Origin: Squalus acanthias
Taxonomy: Eukaryota
Assembly (NCBI GenBank): GCA_030390025.1
Contig: CM059432.1
Location: 6,882,001-6,946,000 of the forward strand
Length of the DNA: 64,000 nt
Direction of reading: 5' to 3'
Positions 11,815 to 24,440 of this stretch are shown piece by piece; position 1 is the stretch's first letter; every line of letters begins with the position of its first letter. The notes under the pieces were generated by a model. It ran no database searches. It was not told the origin of the DNA and was given only the letters and a program-made list of their open reading frames with translations. Made by a program: the position numbers and the translations under genes.

Positions 11815-12860
11815 GAGCCTGGATGTGACAAAGACATGGACGAGTGTTTCAGCTGAAACTGGGCTGAGGTAGGTGCGGAGGCAGGAGGTGTTATGGAAGT
11901 GAAAGTGGACGGTCATTGTCATGGAGAAGATATGACGTCAGAGCTCCAGCTCGGTGTCGCATAGGATACCAAGGCTGCAAACAGTTTGATTCACCCTGAG
12001 ACTATGGTTGGGAAGGGCAGTGGAATCGATTTATATAAATTCAAGTTTTGTGGCCGAGGCTGAAGACGATGTCTCAATCTTCCCAATGTCTAGGCTGGTT
12101 ACAATTCTGGCTCATCCAAGGCTAGATGTTAGTCAGCCAGTGGAGGGTCAAGAGAATTGGTGGAAAGGTTGAGCTGGGTATTGTCAGTGTACATGTGGAA
12201 ACTGACTCTGTGATGAAAAACAGAGCAGAGGCATTGGAGGAGGATGGTGTGGTTGACTGTCAAAAGCTGCAGAGTGGTCAAGGAGGACAAGGAGGGTAAA
12301 TACCCTCATTTATGACTTTGATCAGGGCCATTTTGGTCATGTGGCAGGGGTGATTCAAGCATGGAGTTGCGGGAAAGGCGGTCACGGACTTGGGAGGCAA
12401 CAACAAGTTCAAGGACTTTGGAGAGGAAAGGGGGATTGGAGATGGGGTGGTAGTTTGCAAGGAACAGAGGCTGAGGGTTTTTTATTTGAGGAGGTGGGAG
12501 GGTGATGGTGGCTGTTTTGAAAGGGAGGGGGGCAGTACCTCAGGAGAGGGAACCGTAACAATGTCAGCTAGCATATGGGGGCCAGAAAGGAAAATTAGCT
12601 GGTCAGCAATTGGGAATGGGGATCAAGGGAGCAGAAGCTGGGTTTCGTGGACAAGGTGAGCTCAGAGTGGGCGTGAGGGGAGATGGGAGAGAAGCTGGGC
12701 AAAAGATGCAGGTTCAGGGGCGAGGACAGGAGGGAAGTTTGGCTTGGTGGACATGGGGGAGGAGGGAGAAGCAGCAGGCAATAAGCTGAACGAATGGTCT
12801 CAATCTTGGTGACAAAGAAGTCCTTGATCTCCTTGCACGTTGTTGGAGTTGAGTGGAGTA
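11815..12860 (-). mobile_element. Degenerate L2 LINE fragments
   Basis: Minus-strand L2 remnants: the YTDNTQL motif near 12170-12200 and the endonuclease/RT linker (NYHPIS.PL.LSKVLE). Confidence 0.65.
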
Positions 12861-13169
12861 GGCAGGTGAAAGGGGATTAAGAAGACATTTGATGTTGGAG
12901 GAAAAAAATCTGTTGGGTTATCCTTTCTCTCCAGGTGACCTTGGAGTTCTGGGTGGTTTTGGCAGAGGAGAGTGAGGCCTGATAACATTTGAGGTGGTCC
13001 AGCCAGTGATGCTCTGAGGGAGAGAAGACGAGCGGGGCGGGGGGGTGGGGGTGGGCGGAGAATCAAAGCTGAAGGTTGAGCAGATAGCCAGCTGCAGAAC
13101 TGTCGTCGCAAATGTCTGGATACTTCTCTGAAACCGATCTTGTGGGTTTTTCCCCCCCTCTTTTAACAG

Positions 13170-13373
13170 GTACAATTACTGTATGAGCTGGCGCACAGCA
13201 TGAACAATGCCTGGGAGAAAATACAGAAGAAAGGCATATTGCGACAGTCCTCTACCCATCCAGAGTCTATCTTGGGTCCGATGCCAGGGTCGCCAGTAAG
13301 AAGTAGTGTCAGTACGGCACCACCAGATGCCAGCACTTGTAGTCCATCTGCTGATATTGGCACCCCCACAGAG
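13170..13373 (+). CDS. VPS13B: VPS13B internal coding exon (204 nt, phase 0/0)
   Basis: ttttaacag|GTACAA...ACAGAG|gtaaat. Encodes VQLLYELAHSMNNAWEKIQKKG...PGSPVRSSVSTAPPDASTCSPSADIGTPTE, matching recalled human VQLLYELTDIMNKVWNKIQKRG...TAPPDTSTCSPSADIGTTTE. Confidence 0.95.
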
Positions 13374-13543
13374 GTAAATCGACTTCTCATCAACCAAACA
13401 ATTGTTGCAGTTTTCATTTGAATCCACATATATTTTCCCCCATCCTTTTTAGGTGCTTTCAGCTGTGAGTGCAGCATACTATAGCAATAATTGATTATTT
13501 AAAAGTCGAGGATGTGGAGAGTCATTTGCATGTTATTTACATT

Positions 13544-14287
13544 GGGCCAAAAATTGATCCCGCTGCGCGAGAGTACGCACTGCGTACTCTCGCGTATTCT
13601 CTCTCCAATTGCCGGTTTTCTGCATGCACTGCGCATGCGCTGAAAACCGGCACTTGGTCTTTGGAAAAGGGGGCGGTTCCTCGGTGCACCGCGTGCGCGC
13701 TACAGGCTGCGCGCACGCTGTGCACTTAGTGCTTTGGACGCGCAGGTAAGGACGGAAGATTTTAGAAACGAAAAAAGGAGGAGTAAGACCCACTTTTAAC
13801 AAGGTAAGTAGTGAATTAAGTATTATTTTGAATTTTTTTTAACAGGTATATCTTTTTTAGAGACTTTAAAGACAGGTAAGTTTATTTTTATAACTTTTTA
13901 AAAGATTTTAAATTTTTTCAAAAATTTAATTTTTTATTTAAAATGGTTAATTTATTTAACTATACTTATTTTATTAATGTGATGGTTTTTAAAAAAAATT
14001 TAATTGAGGTTTAGCTGTTATTTTGGGGGTGTGTAAGATTCATAGCTTTCACAGCACGTATGTGAAACTTATGAATGGAAGATGGTGTGCTGCCATTGGC
14101 TCTAACTGAGTCACGTGATCCCACAGCTCGCACGAATTCACTACGCCGGTGGGATATGCAAGCACTGTCCAGCTGATGTCTAGAACATCAAGTTCGTGCG
14201 AGCTGGATCTGAAAAAGCCAACGTGGAGTGAGAGATCGCGGCTGCTCCTTACCCCCGCGGGAACAGAGCGAGATCAATTTCTGGGCC
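13544..14287. mobile_element. PIF/Harbinger-type MITE (744 bp), copy 1
   Basis: TIRs gggccaaaaattgatcccgc / gcgagatcaatttctgggcc. TSD ATT (13541-43, 14288-90). Near-identical copy at 60222-60964. Confidence 0.88.
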
Positions 14288-15519
14288 ATTAAACTTGTCA
14301 TTGTCAAAATGCTGTGAGTAAGTAGAATGATTTACTATCCTGTCTAAATGTTTATCAATAGCTGAGGGCCTTCCTTGTATATTGCTCTTTCTGCGCATTA
14401 CCTACATTACAACAGTGACTACATTTCAAAAGTACTTCATTGGCTGTGAAGTGCTTTAGGAGGTCCCGAGGGTGTTTCTTTCATTTCTTTTAATTTCAAT
14501 TTAATCGGATCCATCTAGTAAAAAAGCAATATTGCAATTTATCTTTATTTTGTGAATTTGGTTATCATATATTTCAACTAAGTTGAAATTCCTGAAGTTA
14601 TTGTACTGCTTAACAAAGCAATACCATTTTGAACAGTGCATTCATACTTGAGAGATCCTGAAAAGCTAAGCAGAAGGTCAAAAAGTATTTGGGTACCAAT
14701 TAACTACGTGTTAACAGCTGAAACAGGGGACAGGTCAGGCATACTTGAGGTGGTGAGGTTTTGTGGTCAATATCCTGACTCTTCCAAATGCTCAACTAGC
14801 TTCATCCAGTGAGTAGTTGATCAATGCAAAATAGGAAGGCCCCATGTTCAATCTGTACTGAGTTAGCTGATATCAGCCAGAGCAGCGATGCGGGGGTAAA
14901 CCAGCCAGGGTGCCCAGTTCTGATTCTTATCTAGTGTCCACTGCTGGAAATGTGCATGTGAGGACTTTGGTTGAAGATTTCCCCTCACCCTCTGCACACC
15001 CCCCCCCCCCCCCCCCACCCCCACCACTATCCCCTGCACTGTTCTATAAGCGCAAATGTAACCACCTCATCACTGGTGAAGGTCTGACTGAGTGGCCTTG
15101 GCTAGTCAGGCTGGGCAAAGGCTTTATGTCTTTTGCTTCCGGCTTTCATCTTCCCACTGGCAAAACTGCTCTGCACCATAAATGGGGCAATTTATCATCA
15201 AGAGGGTAAAGACATCTATATTCAAAGTTCTTCTTGAAAGTGGATCAGTAGTGTTGATGAGGTATTCATGACAGAATTCTTTAAATGTATCACACAAGTT
15301 TACTTAAAATTTTTGTGCTGGTCACGCTGATAATTATTTAAAATTCGAGGATATGAAGAACTATTTGCTTATTATTGACATGGAATTTGTCATTGGCACA
15401 ATATAATGAGTAAGTACTGTAGAACAGTTTACTTAGTGCTGTCCAAAGGAAATTTTCTAATTTCTGTGGTCATTGTCGTAGAGCATTCTCAGATCTGAAA
15501 TTACAGCTTAGATAAAAGA

Positions 15520-15737
15520 AAAGAAAGACTTGCACTTACATAGCGTCTTAAATGACCTCAGGATGTCCCAGAGCACTTTACAGCCAATGAAGTACTTTTG
15601 AAGTCACCGTTTTAAACTCCCTCAGTACTGCACTAGAGTGTCAGCCTAGTTTTATGTGCTCAAGTCTCTGGAGTGGGACTTGAACCACAACCTTCTGACT
15701 CAGGCGAGGGTGCTACCCACTGAGCCACAGCTGACAC
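15520..15737 (-). mobile_element. SINE family A, internally deleted
   Basis: Same head (gtgtcagctgtggctcagtgg...ggttcaagtccc) and tail as 7075-7463. Confidence 0.82.
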
Positions 15738-15947
15738 ATAGATGCTGGATGATTGTCTTTGTAGTCTACCCACACAATACTAAGACTCAGTATGGTTGTC
15801 TTTATGTTGCACCTGTAGCATCAGAACAAAGCAAAACTGTGAAGTGGAGGGGGGAGTGAGTCTTACTCCACGTGACACCAGTGAGGTTGAGCTTTAGTTC
15901 TGGATTTGCATCACATTAGTTTAGTGCCGGATTGTAATGAAAATAAT

Positions 15948-16135
15948 GGGCAGAACTTTCAACTTCAGCAGGGGGTGTAAAACTGGTGGTAACGGATCGA
16001 CCGCATGTTACACACGGCGCCCGATTCTCCTTACCAGTGACTTCAATGGAAAGGTAAATCAGGCGGGGTGCAGAAAAGTCGGCCAATCCACTGTCACCAT
16101 ATTTAATGTCCCGTTGAAGTTGAAGGTTTTTCACC
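15948..16135. mobile_element. Old palindromic MITE related to 490-686
   Basis: Ends ttcaacttca / tgaagttgaa and central cca.tgacttcaatgg. Confidence 0.55.
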
Positions 16136-18090
16136 ATGACTCTGATAGAAAAGTAAGAAATGCCGTTAAACGTGAGAGCAGAAATCTGAATTCTTAAACG
16201 ATTACAAAGAATGATCCGTGGTCACGAGTATTGTCAAATTAGGCTGGATTGATATGAATGGCTATGGTATTTTGCAGGGCCCATCAAAGGCTTTGCTGAG
16301 GTCAAATTTGGTTATGGAGTCAAAGCAAAGGGAAGGTTGGTGCACGAGTTAAAATCATTGGAGCAGTGTGTGCTTCCTACAAAAGCAATACATGGACAAT
16401 TGCTATACTTGATGTTTTGCATCCCTTTAAGTTTGCTCATGTTTCACGTTTTCATCACCTACTTTCGTTTTTAAAACTTTGGAAAGCATCAATCTGGTTT
16501 TGACTGGCAGAATTCTGAACTCTCGGGTCAGCTGGCATTTTAAAATTTATATTGGAAAAGGCATTTGAGAGACCATGTCTTGTGTCTGATCATGAATATG
16601 TGGCCCAAACGTTCATAGCTAATGCATATCTTAGGATGGTGTTAATAGTTGCTCAATGAACTGTAAATGATGCTTCTCTCATCTGAGTATTTTCAGAACT
16701 CCAGACACGCCACTAAGTTATGTAGTGCTGGCAAATGTAGTTATTTTTGTGTTTTCAGACTAGTTTGATTTTGTCATGAATTAAAATGAACGTGGGAATC
16801 GTTCATCGCAATCTTTTCTGTTTTTTAAAAAAAAGGTTGTTGTGTTTACAGCTATTTTTTAAAGTAATTCTTAATGCTGCCACGCGAATTTCTTTTCGAG
16901 CTGATGACTTTACGCACGCCTCAATTGCAGAGACAGATTGTATTTAGCTTCTTGAATTATGATGAAAATGGCAAAGCAGCCATGTGAGTCGTGGCACACA
17001 GGGAGTGTTTAATCATTTCTACCACCCCTGAGTTTAGAAATATTATGTTGTGCAAGCTGTGACAGCCCACTCTATCTGTTTACTCAAGTGGGAGAAGTAG
17101 TCGAACTGTTTGGTCTGCAGGGAGGCCAAGTGATTGAACAAGAATGCAAGAATGTTTGGCTAAGGGGGAAGTATCAGAGTGCCGAAAAAGTGATCATCCC
17201 TGTGCCTCCAGGCAACGCAAGGGATGCAGACCTTATGTGTTTGTGCCTTTTGATGAATGAAGACAACTTTCTTTCAAGGAAAATAAACTCATTTTTATTA
17301 AATTCATAAAATATTGCACAGTTGATGACATATGTAAACTTTGTATATAGTTTGGCAGAGTGAGGTGTGGGAAAATATTCTGCGACGTTTTGACTTTGCC
17401 TGCAGTTTGGAGAGGCAGAGAAAAAGTTTTTAAAAAATGGAAGATTTACTGAGAGATAAGTTTCTGGCTTTAGATATCATGAGCAAATTAGAAGCCTCAT
17501 TTATGGGATCTTTGAATTGCCAAGTGTTTAAAATTCTCATGCAGATGATTAGCGGGGATGGAATCATTAGTTCCTATTAGTTGGTCTAAGAACACTGCAG
17601 GAAACTCTCCTGAGATAGGGGAGACTTGGCAGGTTTTAATTGTGGTTGAGATTGAGTTGATGGCTGATTTGAATTGCAGTGCTCCGTGCAAACAGTGTGA
17701 CCCAGCAAAATGTTCAATGCAAACTAATATCCCAATTTAAGGTGATCTTTAGCTTTGCGCTCATCCATGCCCAGGATTAAATTAGTGCAGGCTGCTCCAT
17801 TTATACTGCGGAACATTTTTCAGCAGTTGAGAGATACTCAAAAATATACTGCACTAACGAATGATTTAATAGATTGTTCAAAATTGATAGAAGTAGCCTT
17901 TCGAGGGGCTGAGGATTCACTGTTTAACTTGCAATATCTTGAACCATAAATTCCATATTCTAGCAGTTAAGTAGAGGATACCACAGGTGTGTTGATGCGA
18001 TACCATATTGAGATGATAAATGAACTTGAAACCATGTACAAGTAATAAAGTTGCCTGTATATCATTCCTGTTCGGTTTAAAGAGCTGCTT

Positions 18091-18490
18091 AACAACAACA
18101 ACAACAACTTGCATTTATATCGCACCTTTAACGTAGTAAAAAGTCCAAAGGCGCTTCACAGGAGCGTTATCAAACAATATTGGACGCCGAGCCACTTAAG
18201 GAGATATTAGAGCAGATGGCCAAAAGTTTAGTCAGAGGTAGGTTTTAAGGTACGTCGTAAAGGAGGGTAGAGAGGTGGAGAGGTTTAGTGAGGTTGATTC
18301 TAGAATTTAGGGCCGAGGCAGCTAAAGGCACGGCTGCCAATGGTGGAGCGAAGAAAATCGTGGATGCACAAGAGGCCAGAATTGGAGGAGTCCAGATATC
18401 TTGGAGGGTTGTCGGGCTGGAGGAGGTTACAGAGATAGGGAGGGGCGAGGCCATGGAGGGATTTGAAAACAAGGATGAGAATTTTTAAAT
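18091..18490 (-). mobile_element. L2 LINE 3' end with (TTG)n tail
   Basis: Minus ORF LKILILVFKSLHGLAPPYL. The + strand begins (CAA)n-ttgcatttatat. Confidence 0.85.
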
Positions 18491-18799
18491 GGAGTAAATT
18501 ATCAGACTGTTGCACTGTTGATGCAGGTGGTAAATAATTTTAGCAATTGTTTTACAACTTAGTGTCTTATTAGGACACTTCAGAGGACATTAAGAAGCAT
18601 CCACATGTGAGTGAGACTGGAGTTATGTACAGGCCAGACTGGGTATGCGGTGGAAGGCTCCCTTCTCTGAAAGACAGAAGTAAATCAGATTTTTTTCTTT
18701 CGACAATTCAGGAGCTTTGACTATCATTTTTCTTGATGATAACCAATTGCACAACTTACCATGGTGCAGTTTAAACTCATGACCAGTACTGTAACCACT

Positions 18800-19830
18800 C
18801 TATCGTACCCCAATGAGGCATCAAGAAAGCATTCAACTGAATATGGCATCCAGGAGCCCCAGTAAAACTGAGGTCAATATGGATCAAGGAGTAAACTCTC
18901 CAGTAGCTGGATTCATATCTGACACAAAGGAAGGTGGTTGTGCTTATTGGAGGACAATCATTGCAGCCCCATGACATCCCTGTAGGAGTTCCTCAGGGTA
19001 GTGTCCTCAGCCCAACCACCTTCAGCTGCTTCATCAGTGACCCTTCCATGGTAAGGTCAGGAGTGGGGCTGTTTGCTGATATTTCTATAGCGTTCTCTCT
19101 ATCCACAACTGCTCTGATAATGAAGCAGCCCATGCCAACCTCCAGCAGGACCTGGACAATATCCAGGCTTAGGCTGACAAATGGCAGGTAACATTTGCAC
19201 CACACAGGTGCCAGGCAATGACCATATTCAACAAGAAGAGGCTTCTCGCGACTGCAATGGCACCACGATCGGCAGTCCGCCTGACAACCAATATCCTGGG
19301 ATTCACCATTGGCCAGAAACTTAACAGGAGCAATCGTATCAACACCATGGCTACAAGAGCAGGGGAGAGATTGGGTATTCTGCGACGAGTGGCTCAACTT
19401 AAGATTCCTCAAAGCTTCTCCATCATCTACAAGGCTCAAGTCAGGAATGTGATGGAATACTCTGCATTTACCTGGATAGGTGTAGCTGCAGCAACACTCA
19501 GAAGCTCGACACAATCCAGGACAAAGCAATCTACTCGATTGGCGCTCATGCCACTGGACTCGATATCCATCCCCCCACCACTGTATGTGTGCAGCATGTA
19601 CAATCTGCAGGATGCACTGCAGCAACTCACCAAGCTTACTTCAACAGCATCTTCCAACCCCTCAACCTCTACTGCCACTGACAAAAGCAGTAAGATCATG
19701 GAAAACTATCACTTCCAAGTTTTTCTCCATCCTCACTTGGACACATACTGCCCATTCCTTCATTAACGTCAGAATCCTGAAATTCCCTAACACCATTGCG
19801 GGAGCTCTCTCACCACAGACAGCAAATGAA
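18800..19830 (+). mobile_element. Degenerate CR1/L2-group LINE (donor of the family-B tail)
   Basis: [20 protein letters not shown] and IYKAQVRNVMEYS motifs across frameshifted ORFs. Confidence 0.8.
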
Positions 19831-19874
19831 TGAATGACCGGAGAATCCGTTTTTGGTGGCTGATAGATGACTGT

Positions 19875-20070
19875 TGGCGAGGGCCACTTCTGCTCCTGTT
19901 CAAATAGTGTCATGCGCTCTTTTACATTCACATGGCCTCTTCACACAATGCGGCACTCCCTCCGTATTGCACTCAAGTATCAGCTTAGATTATGTGTTCA
20001 AGTCTAGAGTGGAGCTTGCACCCACAACCTTCTAACTCGGGGACAATTACCATTGAGCCAAAATGTCACT
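19875..20070 (-). mobile_element. SINE family A, degenerate
   Basis: gcactccctc.gta.tgcact...cccacaaccttct homology. Confidence 0.65.
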
Positions 20071-20461
20071 TGTTTCACCAACTAATGTTTTGTCTCATTA
20101 AAAAAAAAGCTATCTTGTATGGATGTATATTATGCAGGAATCACCAATTGCGCTTGTGATTTGGTTGCTGTGCTGGCAGTCAAGAGCAACTCTAATGTGG
20201 TTGAGGATATTGGAGAAGCTGAAAAGGAAGTTGGGACTAAAACCTGGGCGAGCATTTTAAGTTTTTCCATATGTTCATTTTTACATAATTGTATTGCTAT
20301 GGTTCTGTTTTTGAGGAGTTATTTACTGTTGGAAACTTTGAATGGAGGAGAGCGATGACAGTAGTTGTCACATGGTACACATTGCGCCAGTCAAATATAG
20401 TTCTTAAAAAAAAATAATATCTCACAGTTAACGAGGCCAGAATTATTGTGTGTACTTTTTA

Positions 20462-21130
20462 AATGCCTCCTATCTCTGTAACTGCCTCCAGTCCCACATC
20501 CAACCGAGATCTCTGCACTCCTCCAATTCTGGCCTCTTGCACATCCCCGATTTTAATCATTGCACCATTGCCGGACCGGGAGCCGATGTAGACCAGCGAA
20601 CACGGGTGATGGGTGAACGGGAGTTGGTGCAAGTTAGGACAATGGGCAGCAGAGTCTTGGATGAGCCCAAGTTTACGTAGGGTGTAAAATGGGAGGCTGG
20701 CCATGAGAGCATTGGAATAATCAAGTCTAGAGGTAACAAAGGCATGGATGAGGGTTTCGGCAGCAGATGAGCTGAGGCAGGGGCGGAGTCGGACGATGTT
20801 ACGGAAGTGGAAGTAGACGGTCTTGGTGATGGAGTGAATATGTGGTCTGAAGCTCATCTCCGGGTCAAATATGACACCAAGTTTGTGAACGGTCTGGTAA
20901 AGAGGATATGGGATTAGCTCAGCTCGGGGTCAAATTGGATGCCGAGGTTGCGATCCGTCTGGTTGGTGAAGGGAATGGAATCATTGACGGTGTCTTTGGT
21001 CTTCCCAATGTTTAATTGCAGGGGTCGGCAGAGTTGCTGGAGAAGTAAAGCTGGGTGTCATCAGTGTACATGTGGAAGCTGACCCCATGTCTTCAGGTGA
21101 TGGCACCATGGGGCGGGCAGCATGTAGATG
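20462..21130 (-). mobile_element. L2 LINE fragments (mostly minus; short plus piece 20462-20572)
   Basis: ORF 20459..20857, AETLIHAFVTSRLDYSNALM. Confidence 0.82.
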
Positions 21131-21157
21131 AGGCATGATCCAAAGACACGAAGATTT

Positions 21158-21885
21158 GACGTCAGGCTCCACATGTACGCTGATGACACTCAGCTCTGCC
21201 TCACTAACACCTCTCTCGACTTATCCGCTGTATCTGTGTTGTTCTGCTTGTCTGACATTCAGTCCTGGATGAGCTGTAATTTCCTGCAATTAAACATTAG
21301 GAAGACTGAAGCCATTGTCTTCGGCCCCCGCCACAAACTCTGCTGCCGATTCCATCCCTCTCCTTGGCCACTGTGTCAAGCTGAACCAGACTAGTTGCAA
21401 TCTTGGTGTCCTGTTTGACAGCTGAATTTAGGACTCTTATATCCTGTCCATCACAAAGACTGCCTACTTCCATCTCCGTAACATTACCTGTCTCCACCAC
21501 TGCCTCAGCCCCATCTTCTGCTGAAACCCTCATCCGTGCTTTTGTCATTTCCACACGCGACTATTCCATTGCTCTCCTGGCCGGCCACCCATCTTCCACA
21601 CTCCTTAAACCTGCGCTCATCCAAAACTCTGGTACCCATATTCTAACTCGCACCAAGTCCGCTCACCCATCACCCCTGTGCTCACTGACCTACATTGGTA
21701 CCCAGTCCAGCAAAATTTAAAAGACTCATCCTCGTGTCCAAATCCATTCGCGGTTTCGCCCCTCCCTATCTCAGTCACATCCTCCAGCTCCACAACCCTC
21801 TGGGAACGCTGTGTCCCACCAACTCTGGCCTCTTGCGCATCCCACACTCCTTCACCCCACCATTGGCGACGGTGCCTCCAGCCGT
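21158..21885 (+). mobile_element. L2 LINE fragment
   Basis: HMYADDTQLCL...NFLQLNIRKTE and AETLIRAFVISTRDYS. Confidence 0.85.
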
Positions 21886-22699
21886 CTGGGTATATGTAAA
21901 AAAAAATTAGAGCATATTTTACTTGGTCTGTGAAACAAACATGTGCTCGATGGGCTGAATGTACCTATTTCTTGACTGCTGTTCTTCTGCTTCCTACTCG
22001 AGTCAGAGTTGCATGGAGAAAACTTGACCGCCTTGATGTTCATGGTGATGGCTTGTGACACCAGCAGAAGGTTAAGAACTCCAGCGATCCACGCTCTTGG
22101 AAAGTCCTGAAGAAAGTTTGGGCCTGTATTCAAGGTTGACAATCTGGGGTCCAGATGATGCTGTGAACTCTTTGTTGCAGTATATCAAATCATCTAAAAC
22201 TCTTGAGAATTCTGAAGTCTTGTAGCACACTCCCAGCCAATCTTTAGGTTATCTCTTACGTGATTTTGTTTGGATCTTAATTCCCCTATAATTCCACTTT
22301 AAAACTTGCAAAATAAATCCCTCTTTATACCTTCTGGGGAACGAGCCATCTTCTGTAGCGATTAAGTCATCATCATAGTCTCTGTTTTCAATCCACGAAG
22401 TTTCAAAACTACTTTTAAAGTGTCATTGTTTTAATTTTATTAAGACCATATTCGAACGCTATAGGCTGAAATTTAATCAAGGGGCTCAAATGATATTCAG
22501 ACACTATTCAAGTTTTGCTTATTACATCATCTGAACCCTGCAACTAACTGCTTTCTTACTGCCAACTGTCAGGATGTTATAGTTCTAAACACATCGTGCA
22601 GTGGGTTTTCAAACCTTTTTTTATGTGTGACCTCTTGCACACGCCAACACTCCTGGGGACCGCTTGTTCTAACTCCCAAAAACGACCCAAATTTCAGCA

Positions 22700-22878
22700 G
22701 AAACTTTTAGTCGTACACGGCAACACAGAATTCCAGCGACAGCGTGCTTGTGGCCGGGTCCCAGGCGGGCAAACATCTGATTCCTGCACCAAATCCCGAA
22801 GTTGCAGTCAGTTGCAGTGGTGGAATGACGGCGAACGCTGCCATTTCGCCATCATCCCGACCGCAAATTCCCCGGGCC
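22700..22878. mobile_element. Harbinger-like MITE terminal fragment
   Basis: Homologous to 29230-29317 (gttgc.gtcagtt...atgacggcga.cgctgcca.ttcgc...cgggcc). Confidence 0.55.
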
Positions 22879-23087
22879 AACATCCTATTAATAAAGCTGT
22901 GTCCAATACAGATCGACAAAGTGATGCTTTTTGAACTGAAGTAGTAACTGGAATATTTAACTTATTTTCAATATACCGCTCCACCTTTTAAGCTAGCTTT
23001 TTTTTATAATTCGCAATATTTTAAATTTGAATATGTGCTTCTTCAATATATCAGCTGGGCAGCCAAGCCGCTTGGAGTATACATCCT

Positions 23088-23298
23088 GTAAGCTCTGGAA
23101 TTCCCTCCCTAAACCACTCCGCCTCTCTAGTTCTCTCTCCTCCTTGAAGGCGCTCCTTAAAGCCTACCTCTGTGACCAAGCTGTCCTAATACCTCCTTAT
23201 GTGTCACGGTGTCGAATTTTGACTCTTACCGTTCCCTTGTTTCGTCTTGGGACGTTTTACTACGTTAAAGGCACTATATAAGTGCAAGTTGTCGTTGT
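23088..23298 (+). mobile_element. L2 LINE 3' end
   Basis: KLWNSLPKPLRL...LKAYL, tail aaaggcactatataagtgcaagttgtcgttg. Confidence 0.8.
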
Positions 23299-23674
23299 GG
23301 CCTCCTACCTTTGCACAAACCTGTAGCACTGAGAAGATTGTTTCTAGTGCATCAAGAACTCTCTGAAACTGTACGTGATTATGCGAGTGAAGGAGAAAAA
23401 TATTTTCGTCAGCATGAGACTTAGGGAATACTTTTAAGCAGAACGGGACTTGTGGAACCTTTGTTCCAACAATACATGCATGTCCTTTGACATTGCTCAC
23501 GTTGAATCGGAGCCTATGCATTTTTACAACAATTAGGAGTGTTACGTAACGTAATGCACAATGTGTTATCAGGTTGACATTGGTTGAATAAACCAAATTA
23601 GCCCTGAATTGCTGAGGGGGTTGTCCCGATCTGCTGCCATAACTTCAATGGGAGATTGGTGGAACCCCCAGAAA

Positions 23675-24440
23675 GAAGAAAGGACTAAAAAAGTATTTAT
23701 ATCGCGCCTTTCAGGATGTCCCAAAGCGCTTTAGAGCCAGTGAAGTACTTTTAAAATGTAGTCACTCAAATGTAGCAATGTGATAATGACCAGATAATCT
23801 GTTTTAGTGATGTTTGTTGAGGGCCATATATTGGCCACAAATTCAAAATAGTGCCATGGGATCTTTTACATTAACCTGGGAGGACAGATGTGGCCTGGGT
23901 TAACGTCTCCTCCGAAGAAGGAACCTCCGACAGTGCAGCACTCCCTCAGCACTGCACTGGAGTGTCAGCCTGGATTTTGAGCTCAAGTCTTTCGAGTGGG
24001 ACTTGAACCCACAACCTTCTGACTCAGAGGCGAGAGTGCTGTTTTTTTATTCGTTCATGGGATGTGGGCATCGCTGGCAATGCCAGCATTTATTGCCCTT
24101 GAGATGATGGTGGTGAGTCACCTTCTTGAACCGCTGCAATATACTTCTTTGTAGTGGTTTGGTACAACTGAGTGGCTTGCCAGGCCATTTCAGAGGGCAA
24201 TTAAGAGTCAACTACATTGTTTTGGGTCTGGAGTCACATGTAGGCCAGACCAGGTAAGGATGGCAGATTTCCTTCCCTAAGGGACCAGATGATACTAGCT
24301 TTATTTAATTAACTGAATTTAAATTCCCCAGCTGCCATGGTGGGATTTGAACTTGCGTCTTCCGATCATTAGTCCAGGCCTCTGGATTACTAGTCCAGTA
24401 ACATAACCACTATGCTACCGTACCCACTGAACCACAGCTG
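23675..24440 (-). mobile_element. SINE family A interrupted by SINE family B
   Basis: Family-A body 23675-24040 resumes at 24425-24440 (cactgaaccacagctg). Confidence 0.8.
24042..24424 (-). mobile_element. tRNA-derived SINE, family B
   Basis: Minus-strand head gtacggtagcatagtgg...agttcaaatccc and tail gcccacatcccatgaacgaataaaa. Second copy at 48455-48798. Confidence 0.82.

Noticed and set aside
14810..14970. Ancient SINE-like fragment (ctgagttagctgatatcagc), and an LF-SINE-like head at about 25775-25822
   Set aside because: Too short and degraded to assign a family without a database search.
17088..17309. 73-aa ORF as an additional VPS13B exon
   Set aside because: The flanking exons (…GTPTE / GDSVQ…) are contiguous in the recalled human protein, and the peptide shows no similarity.
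21852..22142. 96-aa minus-strand ORF as a nested gene
   Set aside because: No recognisable domain or splice context, and it runs into repeat remnants.
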